64,000 nucleotides of DNA from a virus. Below are positions 18,708 through 28,906 of this stretch, piece after piece. Below the pieces are notes generated by a model. The model did not search any database and was not told where the DNA came from. It worked only from the letters and a program-made list of their open reading frames with translations. Within the stretch, counting starts at the first letter, position 1, and the number at the start of each line of letters is the position of its first letter. The stretch is from the IMG/VR virus record IMGVR_UViG_3300022188_000007, positions 32,001 through 96,000 of that record, one strand, 5' to 3'. A program made the position numbers and the translations under genes.

Positions 18708-19775
18708 ATGGAAAGACAGGAAATGATGGAACTTTTCAAAGCTACTTCAGAGATAAATACTCCTGAAGGTATGGCAGCTTATCGTGCATTTGCTGCAGCT
18801 TTGACCACTCCAATCTTACAAAAAATTGAGTTGGACTCTATTATGAGAACACTCTTTACTGTGGAAAGACTAGGTCCAGGAGCACAGGCGGTATATCCTG
18901 TAGCAGAAGACTTCGAGATCCCTGTATGGGTTCTCCCAGGTCTTGGTTATGTAGCTCAGAACTTTATAGAAGGTATCGGAGAAGAGGTGTATGTACCTAC
19001 TTTTACGATTGATGCTGCTGCCGACTGGAAGATCACTTATGCGAGAGATTCGAGAATCGATATAGCATCTAGAGCTGCTAATCGTGCCGCAAAAGATCTA
19101 GCAAATTATGAGGAAGAATGTGGTTGGCGTGTAATTATGCCAGCAGCTACATCTGCTTTCTCGGGTAAAGGGCTGTTAGGGTCTAGACCCGCACCTATTT
19201 ATGAAATTAACCCTGCTGCACAGGGTGCCGGCTATCTATCTAAAGAACTTATTAATAAGATGATAGTAGGCTTTAAGAGAATTGGAAGAACTCTTACTGA
19301 TTTGTACGTATCCCCAGAGGATGCTGCAGATATCAGAGAGTGGACCGATACTGATATTGATCCAATCACTCGTAGAGAAATTTTCCAGGCGTCCGGTATG
19401 GGCAGTCTTTGGAATGTATCTCTCCATGAGATTCAGCATTTAGGCGCAACCGGAATGTTTAATATCAATGGTGATGGTTCTGCGTATGGTAAATTTGTGG
19501 CTCCAGGTAATGTCTATAATGGATATTCCATAGATAACCCGAATATTACTTCTGCTGATGGTACTGTAGGTACCCTTGGTGAAACTCAGATCCTTGGGTT
19601 TGATCTTAGTATGAATGATTCTCTCGTTATGCCTATTCGTAAAGAATATGAAGCGCATGACGATCCCACTCTACTCCGTGTACAGAAACAAGGTTTCTTT
19701 GGATGGGCAGAACTTGGTTTTGCTTGTCTCGATAGTAGGATGCTAGGTATGGGTATTATTGATCGTAGTTTATAA
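18708..19775 (+). CDS. Major capsid protein (HK97-fold inferred)
   Basis: 355 aa after scaffold and decoration genes. Strong RBS and a 3' stem-loop. C-terminal GFFGWAELGFACLDSR is typical of the HK97 final strand. Confidence 0.8.
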   Translation: MERQEMMELFKATSEINTPEGMAAYRAFAAALTTPILQKIELDSIMRTLFTVERLGPGAQAVYPVAEDFEIPVWVLPGLGYVAQNFIEGIGEEVYVPTFTIDAAADWKITYARDSRIDIASRAANRAAKDLANYEEECGWRVIMPAATSAFSGKGLLGSRPAPIYEINPAAQGAGYLSKELINKMIVGFKRIGRTLTDLYVSPEDAADIREWTDTDIDPITRREIFQASGMGSLWNVSLHEIQHLGATGMFNINGDGSAYGKFVAPGNVYNGYSIDNPNITSADGTVGTLGETQILGFDLSMNDSLVMPIRKEYEAHDDPTLLRVQKQGFFGWAELGFACLDSRMLGMGIIDRSL

Positions 19776-19797
19776 TATAAACTAATTTAATATAATA

Positions 19798-19836
19798 AGG
19801 TGCAAGGGTATGGGGTTTTCCCCATACCTTGTGCCT
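19798..19836 (+). terminator. Strong stem-loop after the major capsid gene (terminator or mRNA stabiliser)
   Basis: GGTATGGGG-TTTT-CCCCATACC with an extended outer helix. No clear U-tract follows. Confidence 0.55.
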
Positions 19837-19853
19837 AAAAGGAAAAAGTATTA

Positions 19854-20165
19854 GTGATAGTTATATTGATAGAGATATTAATGACCGTAATATTTACTGA
19901 AGCTTTAACTGAATTGGTTGTTAAGTCTGAATTGTTTGAGCCTCTACGAAAACTACTATTTGAGTCCGACAGTAAAGTGTTAAATTTTATACATCGAATC
20001 TTAGATTGTGGTTACTGTTTCTCAGTTTGGGCTGCTGCATTCTCATCAATACTAATATTTACTTTAGATAATAAAATCATAGATTTTTTTATAATGTGTA
20101 TCATTGTACATCGTTTGTCCAACTTATTCCATTTTATAATGGATAGAGTACGGGGTAACGAATAA
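19854..20165 (+). CDS. Small membrane protein with CxxC (DUF1360-like)
   Basis: Hydrophobic segments around LFEPLR...CGYCFSVW. Confidence 0.6.
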   Translation: MIVILIEILMTVIFTEALTELVVKSELFEPLRKLLFESDSKVLNFIHRILDCGYCFSVWAAAFSSILIFTLDNKIIDFFIMCIIVHRLSNLFHFIMDRVRGNE

Positions 20166-20214
20166 AAGATAGAAAAGGACAAGGCTAAACTAAACAGAAA
20201 AGGAGAAGATTATT

Positions 20215-20706
20215 ATGGAAGGATTTGTAAAGAATAAATCATCAGAGTGGGCGTATGCAATGAAACGTTCAATACGACCTGGAGGTGAAGTTCCTCTAAA
20301 GGAATTATACGAACAATACGGCAAAAAATACGACATGGACCCTGGTGATGAGTTTGTAAAATGGTTAAAAGAGGTCAAGTTACAGAATTCAGATAGATGG
20401 GATATAGTATTTGACTTTAAAGATGTTAATAGTAAGACTGAGGCTGTTGTTGTTCAAGAAGCAACTCCAGTTAAAGTTACTAGTAATTCTTCAGATTCAG
20501 ATTTCACTTCCTCTGTAGCTATCAAACAGTTACAGGTAGAGGATGTAGTTAATCTTACGGTAAGAAAAGCTAGAGAGCTTTTACCGAGAGTAATGGATTT
20601 GAATTTATTAAAATATGCTTTGACAGAAGCAAGACAACTGACTGATAAAGACAGTTTATGTAGGTTACTACAGAAGAGAGTAAAAGAATTGCAGATTTCC
20701 AGATAA
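20215..20706 (+). CDS. Hypothetical protein
   Basis: AAGGAG RBS, 163 aa. Confidence 0.65.
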   Translation: MEGFVKNKSSEWAYAMKRSIRPGGEVPLKELYEQYGKKYDMDPGDEFVKWLKEVKLQNSDRWDIVFDFKDVNSKTEAVVVQEATPVKVTSNSSDSDFTSSVAIKQLQVEDVVNLTVRKARELLPRVMDLNLLKYALTEARQLTDKDSLCRLLQKRVKELQISR

Positions 20707-20738
20707 ATATAATTAAAATAACAGGCGGGATAGTATAA

Positions 20739-21065
20739 ATGATTGTTTTAAGAAAAATCAACTCAAGATTAGTTGAAAAAACTATACAACCTGGACAGAC
20801 GGAAGAATTTTTTACTCTTGATTTGAATAAGTATGAAGCGTTTGATTGGAATGTAAAAATTCTAAGTGGTGGAAACAGCGGAATTACTAAAATTTCAAGC
20901 TTATACAATGATAATGTTATGGAATCTACAGCGTATGCTTTTTTAGGTAAAAGATTTAAAGCGGTCACTGATATTTCAGTGATTAATGGTACTCATTGCC
21001 AGTTGAAGATAACGAATAATGAGACAGAATTAATTAAATGTAGTGTTAAATTAAAAACTTTTTAA
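20739..21065 (+). CDS. Putative virion protein resembling the C-terminal domain of the downstream fibre
   Basis: FDWNVKI...KISSLYND...TAYAFLG...LKITN parallels AKWFVIA...EIYAMHDG...TEYAILTIG...LTVDN in 21080..23203. Confidence 0.5.
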   Translation: MIVLRKINSRLVEKTIQPGQTEEFFTLDLNKYEAFDWNVKILSGGNSGITKISSLYNDNVMESTAYAFLGKRFKAVTDISVINGTHCQLKITNNETELIKCSVKLKTF

Positions 21066-21079
21066 GGAGGAATTAAATT

Positions 21080-23203
21080 ATGGCACTTTTTGGTATAAAA
21101 GAAGGTCTAAGGATCTTCGGTAGCGACGCTGAAGCTGATGTACTTAACGGTACGAGTGACCCGTCATCGGCTGCAGGTATTGCGGCCCCTCTAGGTTCTT
21201 TATATTTAAGAGCGGACGGAGTTAGTTATAAGAAAACCGGTGCATCAGATACAGATTGGCAACCATATAGTGAAATTGAGGGTGGGGGACTTCTTTGGTC
21301 CACTATTAGTGGTACTACTACTCTTGAGGCTAGTAAAGGATATATTTTAGATTCAAACAGCGCAGCGTTCACTATAACCATGCCTGCAGCTCCTGAAGAA
21401 GGCGACTCTGTCGGCTTCGCTGGGCTAGGTGATATTGAAACTAACAACGTTACCGTAGATTTGAATGGATTAAACATGAACGGGTCAGGTGATGACCTTG
21501 TTATAGATTTAAATTATTGCTATTTTGAGATGCTTTACACAGGGGATGCTACCACTGGTTGGGTACTTTCTAACACTGATGAGTCTGGTAATGTTGATAA
21601 CATCCAAGCTTTTGTTGGTAATGATGACAATGTAGATCCAGCAGTAACTGAGTTTACTGAGGAAAACTATATTGTAGGTGGAGATTCGTTGGAGGACGCT
21701 ATTGATAAACTGGATATGGCGCTTAATGACACTGATGCCACTATTTCAGGCACGGATGTTGATCTTACTACTTTATCAGGTAGAGTAGACACTAATGAGA
21801 CCAATATCTCTTCTAATGACACAGACATTGCAACCAATGTTACAGACATTGCAACTAATGTTACTAATATTGCGACTAATGCTAGTGGTATTACGGCTCT
21901 TGAATCTTATACTGGCTCTGCCGGTGATTCAGCTCCTGATTATAATCAAGAAAATTATATTACTGATGGAGACTCTCTTGAAGAGGCTATTAGTAAACTT
22001 GACGCCGCTATCCAAGCAGTAGATAATATCGCTGCAACTGGAGTTAATTGGCGTCAATCCATAATGGGTGCTACTGGTGATGTTATTACTACTGGTGTCG
22101 CTGATTATGCTGGTACTGACCATTTCTCTGATGATGATGTTCCTTTCTGGACACATGATCAATGGTCCAATGGCGACCAGATGTTGTCTTTGAATGCTAC
22201 TACTTCTGGTATTATTTATACTTGGGACGATGGGGCCGATCAATGGGTAGAGACTGACGCACTTGGTGCTAATGACGCTGTATCTGTAAGATACGACTTC
22301 CCAGATGATCCAGGCAGCCAGGAAGATGGTGCTTCTTATATGATGAATTCTGCTGAGACAGAGGTTATTAAGATCGCCGACTTTGATATGGAAACTGCTG
22401 CTACTATTGCTCTTTCCTCAGGGTATACTGCTACTTCTGGTACCATTTCTGACACTGACTCTGTAGAGAGTGCAATCGAGAAATTAGACTATAAAGCAGA
22501 TGCTGCTAGTGGTGATATTTCAACTCTTGAAGGCAGAGTAACTGTCAATGAGGGTGATATTTTTAGTAACGACATTGATATAGCCACCAATGCTTCTGGT
22601 ATAGCGGTTAATGGTGCTGATATTGATGATTTAGAAGCCGCTGTTGGTTCCGCTACTGGTCTTGCCGGTATGGACTACTCTACAGAAAATTATGTAGCTG
22701 CTGATACTTCAGCTGTCGCTGCAATTTCTGCTTTGGACGCAGCTCTCGCTTCTACTGATGCTACTGTGTCTGGGCTAGGTGTTACCGCTAATGATAACTA
22801 TACCTACATTACTAATGTAGATACAGCGCATGACAATCTTGCTGCTGCAGTTCTTAAAGAGGCTACTACTGCTGTAGGCGCTTCTTCTACTGATACTGTA
22901 GTTGATACGGTTCCTCAGGCTGGAAATCTAGGCGCTAAGTGGTTTGTAATTGCTTATGACGGTAGTGGTAATAGATACGCTGCTGAAATTTATGCTATGC
23001 ATGATGGTACAACATCTGCAGATCTAACTGAATATGCTATTCTTACAATTGGTACTAAGCTTAAAGTCGATTTTGACGTTGCTGCTAATGGTACCTCTAT
23101 GAGTCTAACTGTCGATAATGCCGATGCGGCAGCTGTTACAGTTAAAACTCAGAGAATAACTGTTCAGACTGCTTCTGTTGATACTGTAGCAGTGCTTAGT
23201 TAA
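21080..23203 (+). CDS. Acidic fibre-like virion protein (head or tail fibre)
   Basis: Four D-S-[LVA]-x-x-AI-x-[KA]-LD units and coiled-coil IATNVTD repeats. AAGGAGG RBS and its own terminator. Confidence 0.65.
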   Translation: MALFGIKEGLRIFGSDAEADVLNGTSDPSSAAGIAAPLGSLYLRADGVSYKKTGASDTDWQPYSEIEGGGLLWSTISGTTTLEASKGYILDSNSAAFTITMPAAPEEGDSVGFAGLGDIETNNVTVDLNGLNMNGSGDDLVIDLNYCYFEMLYTGDATTGWVLSNTDESGNVDNIQAFVGNDDNVDPAVTEFTEENYIVGGDSLEDAIDKLDMALNDTDATISGTDVDLTTLSGRVDTNETNISSNDTDIATNVTDIATNVTNIATNASGITALESYTGSAGDSAPDYNQENYITDGDSLEEAISKLDAAIQAVDNIAATGVNWRQSIMGATGDVITTGVADYAGTDHFSDDDVPFWTHDQWSNGDQMLSLNATTSGIIYTWDDGADQWVETDALGANDAVSVRYDFPDDPGSQEDGASYMMNSAETEVIKIADFDMETAATIALSSGYTATSGTISDTDSVESAIEKLDYKADAASGDISTLEGRVTVNEGDIFSNDIDIATNASGIAVNGADIDDLEAAVGSATGLAGMDYSTENYVAADTSAVAAISALDAALASTDATVSGLGVTANDNYTYITNVDTAHDNLAAAVLKEATTAVGASSTDTVVDTVPQAGNLGAKWFVIAYDGSGNRYAAEIYAMHDGTTSADLTEYAILTIGTKLKVDFDVAANGTSMSLTVDNADAAAVTVKTQRITVQTASVDTVAVLS

Positions 23204-23247
23204 TAGTTATGAAAATTTGAATTAAATTATAATTAGTTAAGACTTAT

Positions 23248-23289
23248 AGAAAGGGCCCGTATTTATAAAATGCGGGCCCTTTCTTTTTA
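23248..23289 (+). terminator. Rho-independent terminator
   Basis: AGAAAGGGCCCGTATTT pairs with AAATGCGGGCCCTTTCT, followed by a T-tract. Confidence 0.85.
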
Positions 23290-23381
23290 TTTAAGTAACT
23301 TGTTTATAGATAGTAGGTTGTAATTATGTAACTTACCTATAATTAGGGGAAGTTTATTCAAAAGAAAAGGAGAATTATACT

Positions 23382-23540
23382 ATGTTTAAAAAGGTTAAGG
23401 ATTTTATTTTAAGATTTACACTCTGTACGTTCACAATACATAAAAAAGGTGGTAAAATTCAATCACACAGGGAATATGATATTTACTCTTGTGAGCGGTG
23501 TGGTAATTTATTTGGTTCAAAGAAAGACAAATATAAATAA
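23382..23540 (+). CDS. 52-aa Zn-binding mini-protein (missed by the ORF track)
   Basis: AAGGAG RBS. MFKKVKDFILRFTLCTFTIHKKGGKIQSHREYDIYSCERCGNLFGSKKDKYK has C-x4-H...CxRC. Confidence 0.6.
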   Translation: MFKKVKDFILRFTLCTFTIHKKGGKIQSHREYDIYSCERCGNLFGSKKDKYK

Positions 23541-23556
23541 TTAATAGGAGAATTTG

Positions 23557-24087
23557 ATGGTTAGAACCAGTTACTTAAATGCTAAACATGGTATAGAAAT
23601 ATTACATGAAGACAGGTTAACTCAAATTCTGGCTGGTACAGGCGATCCTAGTCTAGCTGGATTAGTAGCTGATTTAGGTTCTATATTTCTACGTAATGAT
23701 AACGGCGGTGGTATCTATAGTAAGGTAGGACTATTAAATACTGATTGGGCGCCAGTAGGCTCTTCTGGTACTGGGTACGTTACAAGTAGTGGGATTGATC
23801 CATCACAGCATATAGCACTACATAATGGTAGCAAGTTTGTAGAGTACACAAGGACTGGACATAAAATATCTTCAGTAGATGAGTGGATTGATAATACCAA
23901 AACATACCACATAAGTTCTACAGTTTTAAATAGAACTGGAGGAAGAGTAACTTCCTTCGTTAAATATATATATGATTATGAGACAGGGGCACATGTGGTA
24001 GCTACTATTTCTGGAGCGATTCATAGGGTAGCTGGTAAAGTAACCTCTGTCGAATACTCCAGAGATAATCTTATAGGAGGGTATTAA
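23557..24087 (+). CDS. Virion or fibre-associated protein
   Basis: N-terminal GTGDPSLAGLVADLGSIFLRND is paralogous to GTSDPSSAAGIAAPLGSLYLRAD of the 21080 fibre. Confidence 0.6.
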   Translation: MVRTSYLNAKHGIEILHEDRLTQILAGTGDPSLAGLVADLGSIFLRNDNGGGIYSKVGLLNTDWAPVGSSGTGYVTSSGIDPSQHIALHNGSKFVEYTRTGHKISSVDEWIDNTKTYHISSTVLNRTGGRVTSFVKYIYDYETGAHVVATISGAIHRVAGKVTSVEYSRDNLIGGY

Positions 24088-24089
24088 TT

Positions 24090-24515
24090 ATGGAGTATGT
24101 AATAATAGAAGGTGAAGTAACATTAGTAGATAATTTAGGTAATACTTTGTCAACTATAAGTGGTATAAATGGTCCAAAACTAGAAGTAGTTACTGAATTG
24201 GCTACTACCGTAAGTGGAGGGGTCATAAAAGTAAGGGAGCAAAATATTGATCCAGAAGGTTATATTAAAAACTCCTCACATAATATGGCACATAAGGAAG
24301 GAAATTGGGCCCCTTTAAATCTGGATACTGAAGGGAGATTACGTGTAGTTACTGAGGTAGTAGCCCAGCCACATACGTTAAGTGGCACTGGTCATATAGG
24401 GTATTTATCAGATACTCAAATTCCAGAAAATATTGTAAGAGATTACGAATTATTAACAACTTCAGGCACCTTGAGATATGATATAGAACATATTGATGGC
24501 GGAGCCTTCATTTAA
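24090..24515 (+). CDS. Virion or fibre-associated protein
   Basis: Ends in IDGGAFI, like the next gene (VDGGTFV). Confidence 0.55.
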   Translation: MEYVIIEGEVTLVDNLGNTLSTISGINGPKLEVVTELATTVSGGVIKVREQNIDPEGYIKNSSHNMAHKEGNWAPLNLDTEGRLRVVTEVVAQPHTLSGTGHIGYLSDTQIPENIVRDYELLTTSGTLRYDIEHIDGGAFI

Positions 24516-24529
24516 AAAGGAGAAATATT

Positions 24530-25573
24530 ATGGCAATAGAGATTAGAATTAGACGAGGTACTAAGGTTCAATTAGATACTGTTATGGGAGGCGGCACCCC
24601 TCTTCAAAGTGGAGAGATGGGGTATACCACTGATACTAAAGAAGTATTTATATCTGATGGGGCAGTGGCACATAAAGTGGGTAGAGTATTAGTAGGCTTA
24701 CTAGCTGTACGCCCTACAGCAGGAGTATCAGGAAGAATGTATCATGCTACTGATGATTTATCTACTTGGGTAGATAATGGAGTTGCATGGAGAGATGTTT
24801 CTGGAGGAATTTCTAGTTTAGATGATGTATCAGACGGTCTCACTTATGGTAAGGTATTAAATACTTATTTAGATACTAATAGACCTGATGGTTTATGGGA
24901 TGGTAGTGGTAAACTAACTGGCAGTGCTCTAAGAACACATTTAGACGCCATAGCATTGCATAGAACTATTAATGACTCCGGTAATTTAGTAACAGATCTA
25001 TGGTCTGCTAACAAAATCAGTATAGCAATTGATCAAGCAATGACAGGTTTGGATTTTCAAGCGGATGTTTTAGGTATACAAGAAGATGCTTCGTTAGTTC
25101 CAACTACGTCTAATGGCGATAGGTATATTATAACTAATGCTGCTACACTTAATGCCGGTTTTGGTACCATAACTGGCCTGCAAAATAACGATATAGTGGC
25201 GTATGATGGCACCTCTTTTGTTGTAGTTTATGATGTGTCTACTGAAGGTGAGGGCGCTCTTGTATGGGATCGTGCTACTGATACATACCAGAAATGGGAT
25301 GGGGTTATTTGGTCTGAGTTTGGAGGGCTAGCAGGAATAACAGCCGGAGCAGGGTTAACTAAATCAGGTAATACTCTGAATGTAGGAGGAGGTAATGGAT
25401 TAACAGTGGGGGCAGATAATATAACAGTAAACCCAGATGTTTCTACAGGTCCTGGTATAGCACCTGTAGCCGTAACATCTAACGGTGTAGGAGTAATAGT
25501 TGATAATGACTCTATTGGGCACTCCGGAGGTTCAATAGAAGTGAGAAAGGTAGATGGTGGGACATTTGTATAA
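24530..25573 (+). CDS. Tail fibre-like protein with Mtd/hyaluronidase-type N-terminal anchor
   Basis: IRIRRGT...LQSGEMGYTTDTKEVFISDG and a beta-spiral-like AGAGLTKSGNTLNVGGGNGLTVGAD. Confidence 0.65.
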   Translation: MAIEIRIRRGTKVQLDTVMGGGTPLQSGEMGYTTDTKEVFISDGAVAHKVGRVLVGLLAVRPTAGVSGRMYHATDDLSTWVDNGVAWRDVSGGISSLDDVSDGLTYGKVLNTYLDTNRPDGLWDGSGKLTGSALRTHLDAIALHRTINDSGNLVTDLWSANKISIAIDQAMTGLDFQADVLGIQEDASLVPTTSNGDRYIITNAATLNAGFGTITGLQNNDIVAYDGTSFVVVYDVSTEGEGALVWDRATDTYQKWDGVIWSEFGGLAGITAGAGLTKSGNTLNVGGGNGLTVGADNITVNPDVSTGPGIAPVAVTSNGVGVIVDNDSIGHSGGSIEVRKVDGGTFV

Positions 25574-25583
25574 GGAGTAAACT

Positions 25584-26723
25584 ATGACTACTGAGATAAA
25601 AATAAGAAAGGGTACAGAAGCTCAGCTCCCTACATTAGGACTGGCTGAGCCAGGATTTACTACAGATACTAAATGTTTATATATTGGTGATGGTGTAGGT
25701 AATATACTTATAGGCCCAAGCGGTAATAATACTACTCTTAGTGGTTTGCCATTAGCTGCTGTTCAGGCACGTGGGACATCTAATATTACATTAACTACTA
25801 CTTTTCAGTATATATCTTTTGACACTTTAGATGTATCTACTGATACTTCAGTATTAGAACTTGATAATCTTGTGGATTCTAGGATAAATATTAAAGAAAC
25901 TGGAGTGTACTTAATAAATTATTCTTCTAGTGTCAGGTCTTCTGGTAATAGCAGAGATGTGATAAGTAAAGTGGTGGCTAATGGTACTAATGATTTAAAT
26001 GGAAGCTATGTATTACAGAATTTATATCAGGATGAAACGCATAGTCAAGCAAGTATGTTTATAGTTAGTTTAACTACTGGAGATTTTATTGAGCTAGCTA
26101 TTTCTTGTGGGTCTACGCCGGTAGATTGTTTATCAGATCAATTCTTAAGTATAGTAAAACTTACTGGAGCGCAAGGCCCTCCTGGAGCAGATGGCACGAA
26201 TGGTTCAGGATCTACTTTAATTATAAAGGAAGAGGGCACTAATTTAGTTAATACCCCTCATTCAGCCATAAATTTTATAGGGGAAAATGTAACTGCCCAG
26301 GATGTAGGCGGAGGAGTAGTAGATATAACTATTAACATTCCAACTTCTTTATCTTTTGGAACCTGGTACGCTTGGGGTGGAGATGCCTCTTTATCTAGTA
26401 CTAATAGTACTAGTTATATAGAAAAAGCAAGTCTATCAGTAGTTGGTATACCTACTGGATACTATAGATTAGGATGGTACTTTGAGTGGCGTAGAAAGGA
26501 TACTAGGTCTGATTTTGAGGCAAGAGTAACTATAGACGACACAGATACAGTGATGGAGATTAATCAAGAGTCTAAAGATAATAATTCATACCATGCAATT
26601 AATGGATTTGTAATTACTCAATTATTAGCAGGTGATCATTTCTTTGATATAGACTATGGTGGGGAAACAAATAAAACATCATATATTAGAAGAGCACGAT
26701 TAGAAATATGGAGGGTAGCATAA
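25584..26723 (+). CDS. Tail fibre-like protein (Mtd-type N-terminus, C1q/BclA-like domain, short collagen-like stretch)
   Basis: IKIRKGT...EPGFTTDTKCLYIGDG, IKETGVYLINYS...LTTGDFIEL, GAQGPPGADG. Confidence 0.65.
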   Translation: MTTEIKIRKGTEAQLPTLGLAEPGFTTDTKCLYIGDGVGNILIGPSGNNTTLSGLPLAAVQARGTSNITLTTTFQYISFDTLDVSTDTSVLELDNLVDSRINIKETGVYLINYSSSVRSSGNSRDVISKVVANGTNDLNGSYVLQNLYQDETHSQASMFIVSLTTGDFIELAISCGSTPVDCLSDQFLSIVKLTGAQGPPGADGTNGSGSTLIIKEEGTNLVNTPHSAINFIGENVTAQDVGGGVVDITINIPTSLSFGTWYAWGGDASLSSTNSTSYIEKASLSVVGIPTGYYRLGWYFEWRRKDTRSDFEARVTIDDTDTVMEINQESKDNNSYHAINGFVITQLLAGDHFFDIDYGGETNKTSYIRRARLEIWRVA

Positions 26724-27757
26724 TGACAGATATAAAATATACTTATTTAATTACAGATTTCTTAAATGATGAAGTAGATATAACTAAATTCGATAATGAA
26801 ATAAGAGGATCATCAATAACTACATCATTAGCTTTTTTAGCTACAGGGGGCATTGAATGTGACTGTTGGTTTAGAGATACTTTGCAACCTAAAGATATTA
26901 CTACATTAAGTGGATTAGTATCTTCACATGACGGTATTTCAGATGACATAGATGATGCCCAATATGTGGTAATTAAAAGTTCTGAACAGAATTTAAATGT
27001 AGATATTTCAGATGAGTTAAGAGATAGATCCGGTAAATTAAGATTTCATCAAACGTCTAGAAAAACTGGTACGGTTATTTGTTGGACAGGTGAAGGCGAT
27101 GATCCTGCTGATCCATCAGTAGTGGGTGGTGGTGAGCCATTCTCATTTAATTATCTTGTTGGGCAACCGGACCCTTTGGTGAAATATATTGATTTTAATA
27201 TGGTAGAGAATGAGACTTGGCTTCATGAAGGTTATGTTACTTGGAGCAACTGTTACTTAGACACTTTAGATTTAGCAATGGTGACTAGAGCAACTTCTTT
27301 TACTGTAACTAGTGGGACCAGTTATAATTTGTATGGCGGATATCTAATAATTCCAACTATCCCAGGAACAGGCACTATAAATATTACGTCAAATATAGCG
27401 GAACATGATGGAGGGTTGGTATACATACCTAAAAATGATTTAGGCATCAGACCTACCGCATTCTGGGATGCTATTTGGGATACCGCAACAAAGAAATTTA
27501 TAAATATAACCCCTAATATCACCGGAGCAGGCGAATATAACCTATTTGCTGCTGAAATACCGATAGCACACTTTGTAAGAAAAATGCCCTTGTTAGATTC
27601 AGGGTTTATAGCACTTAATTCATCCGATACAGACCAGTTAGGGCATGGTATGCGTTTGAAGATGGTAGCTGATACTAATACTACCATTAGTGGTATAGGT
27701 GATCATGACTGGTCAATAGCTTGTACTATGTGTTTACATAGAGCTAAAACTGTATAA
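26723..27757 (+). CDS. Putative virion protein
   Basis: Coupled by TAATG to the upstream fibre gene; beta-rich. Confidence 0.55.
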   Translation: MTDIKYTYLITDFLNDEVDITKFDNEIRGSSITTSLAFLATGGIECDCWFRDTLQPKDITTLSGLVSSHDGISDDIDDAQYVVIKSSEQNLNVDISDELRDRSGKLRFHQTSRKTGTVICWTGEGDDPADPSVVGGGEPFSFNYLVGQPDPLVKYIDFNMVENETWLHEGYVTWSNCYLDTLDLAMVTRATSFTVTSGTSYNLYGGYLIIPTIPGTGTINITSNIAEHDGGLVYIPKNDLGIRPTAFWDAIWDTATKKFINITPNITGAGEYNLFAAEIPIAHFVRKMPLLDSGFIALNSSDTDQLGHGMRLKMVADTNTTISGIGDHDWSIACTMCLHRAKTV

Positions 27758-27778
27758 ATTCATATAGGAGGAGAATAA

Positions 27779-28354
27779 ATGAAAAATAAAAAAAGCCTTA
27801 TTAGAGTTATTAAAGAAGCAATAGTGGATTTTTTTGGGAACATTAGACTTTATGCTGGGGGGATAATTTTATTTGGAGATTCTAAATATAAATTAAAAGG
27901 GCCTGATTGGCGAAGTATTATAAATATATTACAGCCAGGAGATATAGTAGGTAGTGCCCATGATCATTATATAAGTTCTTGGTTCATAAAAGGGGATTTT
28001 GGGCACGTGGGTATTTATGTAGGGGATAATCAAGTCATACATGTACGTACAGATGGTATAGTTAGAGAGGATATTCTTACATTTTTAAGGGCGGATAAGG
28101 CTTTTGTAGTAAGGCGTACCGACCAAAGTCTAGTGGATATTGCTATTCAAAAGGCTTATGAACAACTAGCAAAAGATGTAGAATACGACTATGATTTTGA
28201 TAAACAGGACACAGAGCAATTTTATTGTTCGGAATTTACTGATTTTTGTTATGATTATCCGTTAAGGGGAGGGGTCTCTAAAGATAAGAGTTTTATCTAT
28301 CCTGACGACTATTTAGTACCTTCCGATTTATTTGACATTATCTGGAAAAAATAA
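27779..28354 (+). CDS. Permuted papain-like NlpC/P60 amidase (YaeF/YiiX-like)
   Basis: LQPGDIV, FGHVGIY (catalytic His), YDYDF, FYCSE (catalytic Cys after the His, i.e. permuted), IYPDD. Confidence 0.85.
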   Translation: MKNKKSLIRVIKEAIVDFFGNIRLYAGGIILFGDSKYKLKGPDWRSIINILQPGDIVGSAHDHYISSWFIKGDFGHVGIYVGDNQVIHVRTDGIVREDILTFLRADKAFVVRRTDQSLVDIAIQKAYEQLAKDVEYDYDFDKQDTEQFYCSEFTDFCYDYPLRGGVSKDKSFIYPDDYLVPSDLFDIIWKK

Positions 28355-28369
28355 TAAAGAGGGTATTAT

Positions 28370-28906
28370 ATGATAGAGGCCAACAAAAACGAGTCGTTCC
28401 CAATAACAGTATCACTTATCGATGATGTTACTGCTGAACTTGTAGCCGATCAAACTGTCACCTATGATGTGAGGACAATTGATGATGCATTACTATCTCC
28501 TCCAGTAAGTGGTAGTTTAAGTGAGTCTACAGTTGAAGGCGGGATATATAAAACTCAGCTTAGTTTACCTGATTCTGGTGCTTATATATGTTACGCTACT
28601 TGCTCTGGTTTTTTGGCTGGCACTGAAGAGATAATAATTAATAATGAAAATATTTATGAAGTAACAAAGGCCAACAGACCTCATAACTTTTCAATAATAG
28701 ATATACCTAGAATTACTGCTTCGGGCACTCCTAATCCTTCACAAATTTATCGTAAAGTGCCTCCCGGCAGAACTGATTATATCGTAACACTTATAAAGAA
28801 CGATAGTGATTTGAATTGGGATAACCCAGTAAGCTCTGGTATCTCATATGCCCATTATGAATCAGTGAGCTCAGAGCTTCCTTATATGATGGGAGGGGAA
28901 TTCTAA
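28370..28906 (+). CDS. Putative virion protein
   Basis: Ig-like beta N-terminal half (EGGIYK...GAYICY). Confidence 0.5.
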   Translation: MIEANKNESFPITVSLIDDVTAELVADQTVTYDVRTIDDALLSPPVSGSLSESTVEGGIYKTQLSLPDSGAYICYATCSGFLAGTEEIIINNENIYEVTKANRPHNFSIIDIPRITASGTPNPSQIYRKVPPGRTDYIVTLIKNDSDLNWDNPVSSGISYAHYESVSSELPYMMGGEF

